Both the position numbers and the translations under genes were made by a program. A stretch of DNA of 63,402 bases, the filler included, from Bilabrum cf. latius (lineage: Eukaryota): NCBI GenBank assembly GCA_965178125.1. It is 3 parts of 3 records of this genome, joined end to end, with 100 filler letters (N's around TTAATTAATTAA, not from the genome) between each part and the next. Parts side by side here need not be neighbours in the genome. Positions count along the whole stretch, not along the records: positions 47,224 to 63,402 come from CBCXTV010000053.1; 2 more parts are not named here. The stretch is one strand, 5' to 3'. Numbering within the stretch: position 1 is the first letter of the stretch; each line of letters starts with the position of its first letter. Below are positions 58,809-63,402 of the stretch, one piece after another. A model generated the notes under the pieces. That model had not been told where the DNA came from. It was given only the letters and a program-made list of their open reading frames with translations, and searched no databases.

Positions 58809-59240
58809 GCGGCGACGCGCGCGCCGCGACGCCCGAAACGCACGAGGCCGCTGGGCCGCTCGGGGCCGGCGGCGCGCCTGCCGCGGTGAGCAGACGAGGC
58901 GCCTCGGGCCTCTCACGCCGGAGAACCGAGCGCATGTGCAAGTACCACCACCAAAGCTCAAGCGCCCGTGCCGATCTCTCGTTTCTCCGTCTGCTCCCGC
59001 ACCTTCCGCGCTCGGATTGCGGATTGGAGGACCCCTCTGCAAGGCATTACTCCGATCGATTACGACATGGTTGGCGCAGCAATCAGAATGTAGAGGCCTT
59101 GGGGATGGCTTGTGGATCAAGTGCTCATGGGATGTGGATGGAGAGAACCGCTTGGGGGCGAGGCCGATCAAAGCGAAGCGCAAGCGAAACTTCCGAATCT
59201 TAGGCGAATTTTCCTGTGAAAAAAGCATGCCCAGAGCCGG

Positions 59241-59692
59241 CCGCCAAGGCACCGCCAAGGCACCGCCAAGGCACCGCCAACCCTCCGAAATCGTGCCCAA
59301 GTCGTGCCGAAATCGTGCCCAAATCGTGCCCAAAGCGTGCCCAAACCATGCCCGGAACATACCGCCAAGGCACCGCCAAGGCACCGCCAAGGCACCGCCA
59401 ACCTTCGCAAATCGTGCCAAAAATCGACCTCGAAAGGGAACGATTAGTCGTTTCTCTCTTTAAAAACAGTACTTTTCGAGAGCTTGCCCCAAAAAGCGTT
59501 CCCAGAGAGCACCGCCGGGGCACCGCCAAGGCACCGCCAAGGCACCGCCAAGGCACCGCCAACCCTCCGAAGTCGTGCCGAAATCGTGCCCAAAGCGTGC
59601 CCGAATCGTGCCCAAAGCGTGCCCAAACCATGCCCGGAAGGCGCCGCCAAGGCACCGCCAAGGCACCGCCAAGGTAGCGCCAACGGGCCGCA
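59241..59692. repeat. Compound 11-mer repeats (GGCACCGCCAA)n / (AATCGTGCCCA)n
   Basis: Alternating blocks in a duplicated higher-order unit upstream of the DNMT. Confidence 0.9.
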
Positions 59693-60577
59693 AAGGAGCC
59701 CAAGGTGTGCCCACTCCGTGCCCATTGGGGCGGAATTGCGCCCGGAATGGGAAAGCCCGGACATCTTTGATACCGCCCGGGCCTCTGTTGTGCACTTTGA
59801 GATGACAAGCCGCGCAGAGTCTCTCCAAGTGGTCGGCGTCCCTCCTAACAAGGTGACTTGCAAGTTACAATGCTCCAATAGAGTCTTGGGATTGTTGCGC
59901 AAGAGGCAGGCCCAAGCGACCTCTTGAGACATGCCCCGGCTTGCGCTTGGGAGCGCTTACGATGGCGGTGAAACATGGAGCTCGACAAGCGAGGCGCGAC
60001 ACCAACGGCCAACGGGCGTTTCCCTCGCGGCATGGCGCAAGGCAATTGTCGCTCGGTGTGTGTCCATGTGTCAGCGGAACGGCTCTGCCGCGGCCGCTCC
60101 TGATTATGGAATTCATGCATCAGCGGGTCGGGAAGCGCCCTGCGGGCGGGCACCGCGCGCGAGGTCGAGGCGGATGCAGAGACAATCTTGCCTACGCATG
60201 ATACTGAAGCTGCAATCTTGATTTTGATTCGATGATTGTGCGAACGCCATATGTGTTGGTTCGACTTCTGCCGGATGTCATGGTCATGGGCCATTGTGAG
60301 GGGAAATGTGTGAAATGCTGAAACGCTTGTCTCTCAACATGCTGCACTCCCAAGATTAGGCGTACTTGCAGAATGAATCCATACTGGCAGAGTCAGAATG
60401 TTATTGTCCGAAGGAGCGCCTTTTCATGGTGGATGGCAAGTAAGCCGGATTGCGATAAACGGTAGTTCTCTTCGTGTCGACGCCACTTGGCCGTACAAGA
60501 AGGCATGAATGGCTTGGAGCTCTGAGACATGCATCGCGCCGCCTCGCCCTTGCTCACTTTCTCGAGCGAGCGCTGTC

Positions 60578-63402
60578 CTACCGGGCCTTAGGCTTCATAC
60601 CGTGCGCGACCTTGATCGTGTAGGCTGCGGCCGCATGGTCCAATCGCGACACATCCTGTGCGAGCCAACCCACTAGGTCCGCCTCCGCCCGCGCTAGGTC
60701 GGACGCTTTGGTCAACCATAGTATACAATTCTTATGGCCCTTCCGGCGGCATGTGGCTTTGATGCCGTCGGGGCCGACGCAATGAATGTACCCAACAGGC
60801 TGGCCGGACGAGTTAAAGAAGTTCTTGGTCCCATGATCGACCAATCCTAGGTGGGCCCACTTCGAGCGCGCACCATCAGTGCTCCCGCGCGGCGCCGAGC
60901 TCGATGAAGACGCCGATACCGAAGCCGTTGCCGCTGCCGCTGTCGTTGATCTCGAGGGCGCCGGCGGGTGAGCAGCAGCGCCATCGTCGCCACCGACACC
61001 CTCATCGCCGGATGCCGCGGCTTCCCCGGTCATCTCGTCGTCGTGCTCCATCAATTGGCCAATGGCTTCTTCGAGATCCGCTGCGGCGCCTGGTCCCAAC
61101 ATGCCTTCGTCTACAGACCCGTACGCTTAATCATTTTCCCAGAACGAGAGGGCTAATTCCAAGTCGATAAGCCCGAGAACGCTCCCAAGATGTGTGTGTA
61201 ACGTGTCGGCGTCGGAAGATCCGGAAAGCCCAGAGGCCCTTGTTAAATCACCAATAAAAGCGGAACATGGCGTAACGAGGCTGCATGACCCATGGCTCAT
61301 GCCCATGCTACATGTTACCATATTTGCCCAAGGCAGAGCTACACAAAGACAGAGGAAGATATATATATATATATATATATAGATGGGGGTGGTGCGGATG
61401 TGCGATGATAATGGCATGCGACATAGGATGTGGGATAAGAGGTCCAGTGACAATCCGCACTTGGTGTCTGTGGTTTTTCCCTCCGGGGCTGCCCCCATTG
61501 ACCATTGACTCTGTGCGCCTTGGAGGGCGTCGCCTTCCGCATCGATGTGGCCGAGGTCGGCCAGTCCGAGGCCGAGTGCCTCCAAGACTGCGCCGCCGTC
61601 TTCGCCCTCGCCACCACCACCGAGAGGCCTTGGCTCCGCGTTGTTGTGCGATTGCGACGGCTTGTTGCGCTTCCGAGGCCGCTCCTTGCGATCCCCAAAC
61701 CCGGCCAAGAAGTCCACGCCTTCGCCGTCCGGCCGGCCGGCTGCCTTGCGCGGCTGCGGGCGGCGGCGTAACGAAGCCAAGCGCTCCGCGGCGTCGTCGC
61801 CTTCCGGTGGCAGATCGATGGTAATGGTGTCGAAGTCGGCGTCGGCGCCAGTGGTCTGTATCTGTTGTAAGGACTTGTCGGTGAAGAACACCTTGCTCAT
61901 CTGAATGCTCCGCACTGCCGAATCCTTGGGCGAGACCGGCTCGGCCACTTGAAGGATGAGGTACTTCGAGAATTCCTCTTCCGTGAAGGCGCGCAAGCGG
62001 CCATGTGTGACACGGTCGAGGGGCGAGCGAAGCTTGCCGGACTGCCGAACGAACGGGTGGGAGTCGTACTCCAAGACGAAGCCCTCCAAGGACTCAGTGC
62101 CGGCCCGGACGCATCGCAGAGTCAACAGCGTTTGGTGTGCAAGGTGGTGGCCCGACGGACAGAGGGACTCCCGCAGATCCATGAACAAGTGGATCGGCTC
62201 GGCAGCCTCGTCCCGAGGGAAGACCTTGATAGATAAGATGATGTCTGCGAGCGCAACTTGGTCACCCATTCCGAAGCGCCTTTGCCAATACTGGCAGCGG
62301 TATGGTAGCAATGCGCCTCGCGCCAGCACGATCCCGCCGACAATTGCTTCTGCAACATACGACATCCGACACGCGAGCGCAATCAGAAAATTTATACTTC
62401 GCAAGAGCCTCAACCATGCGCGGAATACTCTTGGTCTGTGGGCAACATCCTCCAAAACATACGAGCGTCGGGCGAAAATGAAAGGCCATGCTTGGGTTAC
62501 AGCATTCGGTCGGCCACTTGTTTGGGGATGTCTTGAATGGCGGGACCCTCACTAGCGCTTCACATTTGCACACCATGGCAAACGCCGCCGCCTGGCAATC
62601 TCCGAGAGCGCGTTGAGCACCCCGACCACGCCACACAAAGTCCTGTGCTTTATTAATCTCATATGGAAAAAGAGCAATTGTCTGTGCTCTGCTGTTGTGG
62701 GTGTGTGTGTGTGTCTGTCTCCCGCACACACACAGACAATGGACAATGGCATTGGGCCGTTGTTTCTGATATTGACGAGAGTCATATGAGGTCCTTGCCG
62801 GCGAGCTGTGCTCGCACACGACCCGGCAGCAACGCGGGTACTCGACCTTGTCGGGAAATTGTTGGTCCGCGCGCGGCGGACGGCCGAAGGAGCAGCACGA
62901 CTTCTTGAAACCCTTGCAAACCGAACTCACGGATTCGTGAAGACGCCGTTGCCGAATCGCCTCAAAGCTAAGTTCGTTATCAATTTGAGACCCCGGGTAT
63001 GTCATCAATATTTGATATTTCTTGAAGAGGTACCGCCAATTAAAAAGTCTCGCCTCCGAGCTGAGCGGATAGGACTCCTCATGCGCCGCATTGGCGCCGG
63101 CAACCAGTGGAGCCAACCCCCCGGCCCTCGAGGGAGCATGGACCGCCATGACGACGCGCCCATCCGCGCCCACGCCCTCGCGCGCAACTTGCGTGCCCTG
63201 AACGTCGTGCGCGGCGCCCGCGCCGAGCTCAGCGGCGACGGCCTGCTTGCGGACCTCTCGGTTTCGCTTAGCCATGGCCATCGACGCTTCGGACCTCTGC
63301 TCAAACACTCGCCGCTGGTCCGGCGGCAAGGCGGCGAAGTCTCGGTCGGCCTCCTGCCTTAACTACGCTACCGACCCCCATCAAGCCGTTGGCAATCATG
63401 TC
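60578..63402 (-). CDS. 3' part of a multi-exon hypothetical protein with a C-terminal C-H-C-W-H putative zinc-binding module
   Basis: Protein-like segments in ORFs 62262..63329, 61127..62455 and 60578..61102. C-terminus ATCRRKGHKNCILW...GWL...DH. An HMG-like LPPDQRRVFEQRS lies near the window edge. Confidence 0.5.

Noticed and set aside
58809-59420. N-terminal 200 aa of the 742-aa DNMT ORF
   Set aside because: It runs through 11-mer repeats and GC-rich leader sequence; the ATG at 58808 is the more plausible start.

Overview
Eukaryotic, GC-rich DNA that looks like a core dinoflagellate: almost all genes are on one strand, introns use GA-AG, GC-AG and GT-AG, and there are long microsatellites. 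The window is three contigs joined by artificial N-TTAATTAATTAA-N linkers (23659-23758, 47124-47223), so adjacency across the linkers is not established. Contig 1 carries a co-oriented minus-strand cluster: an intron-containing, highly divergent hAT-like transposase, a large gene ending in an amino-(N6/N4)-methyltransferase-like SAM-binding fold, a C5 DNA methyltransferase and a small gene. This may be a giant cargo-carrying DNA transposon. Contig 2 holds a ~13.1 kb element (24141-37225) with degenerate inverted termini, flanked by TA on both sides. It encodes a CRESS-DNA-virus-like Rep (HUH + SF3 helicase), a GT25/fucosyltransferase-like fusion and two small ORFs. An apparent excision footprint (TA-AG-TA) lies at 38315-38320, followed by a scrambled mosaic of fragments of the element. 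Contig 3 has the 5' end of an LTR retrotransposon, a palindromic MITE, a multi-exon unknown gene, an intronless DNMT5-like methyltransferase and the 3' part of another multi-exon gene. All protein assignments come from reading motifs by eye, not from database searches.
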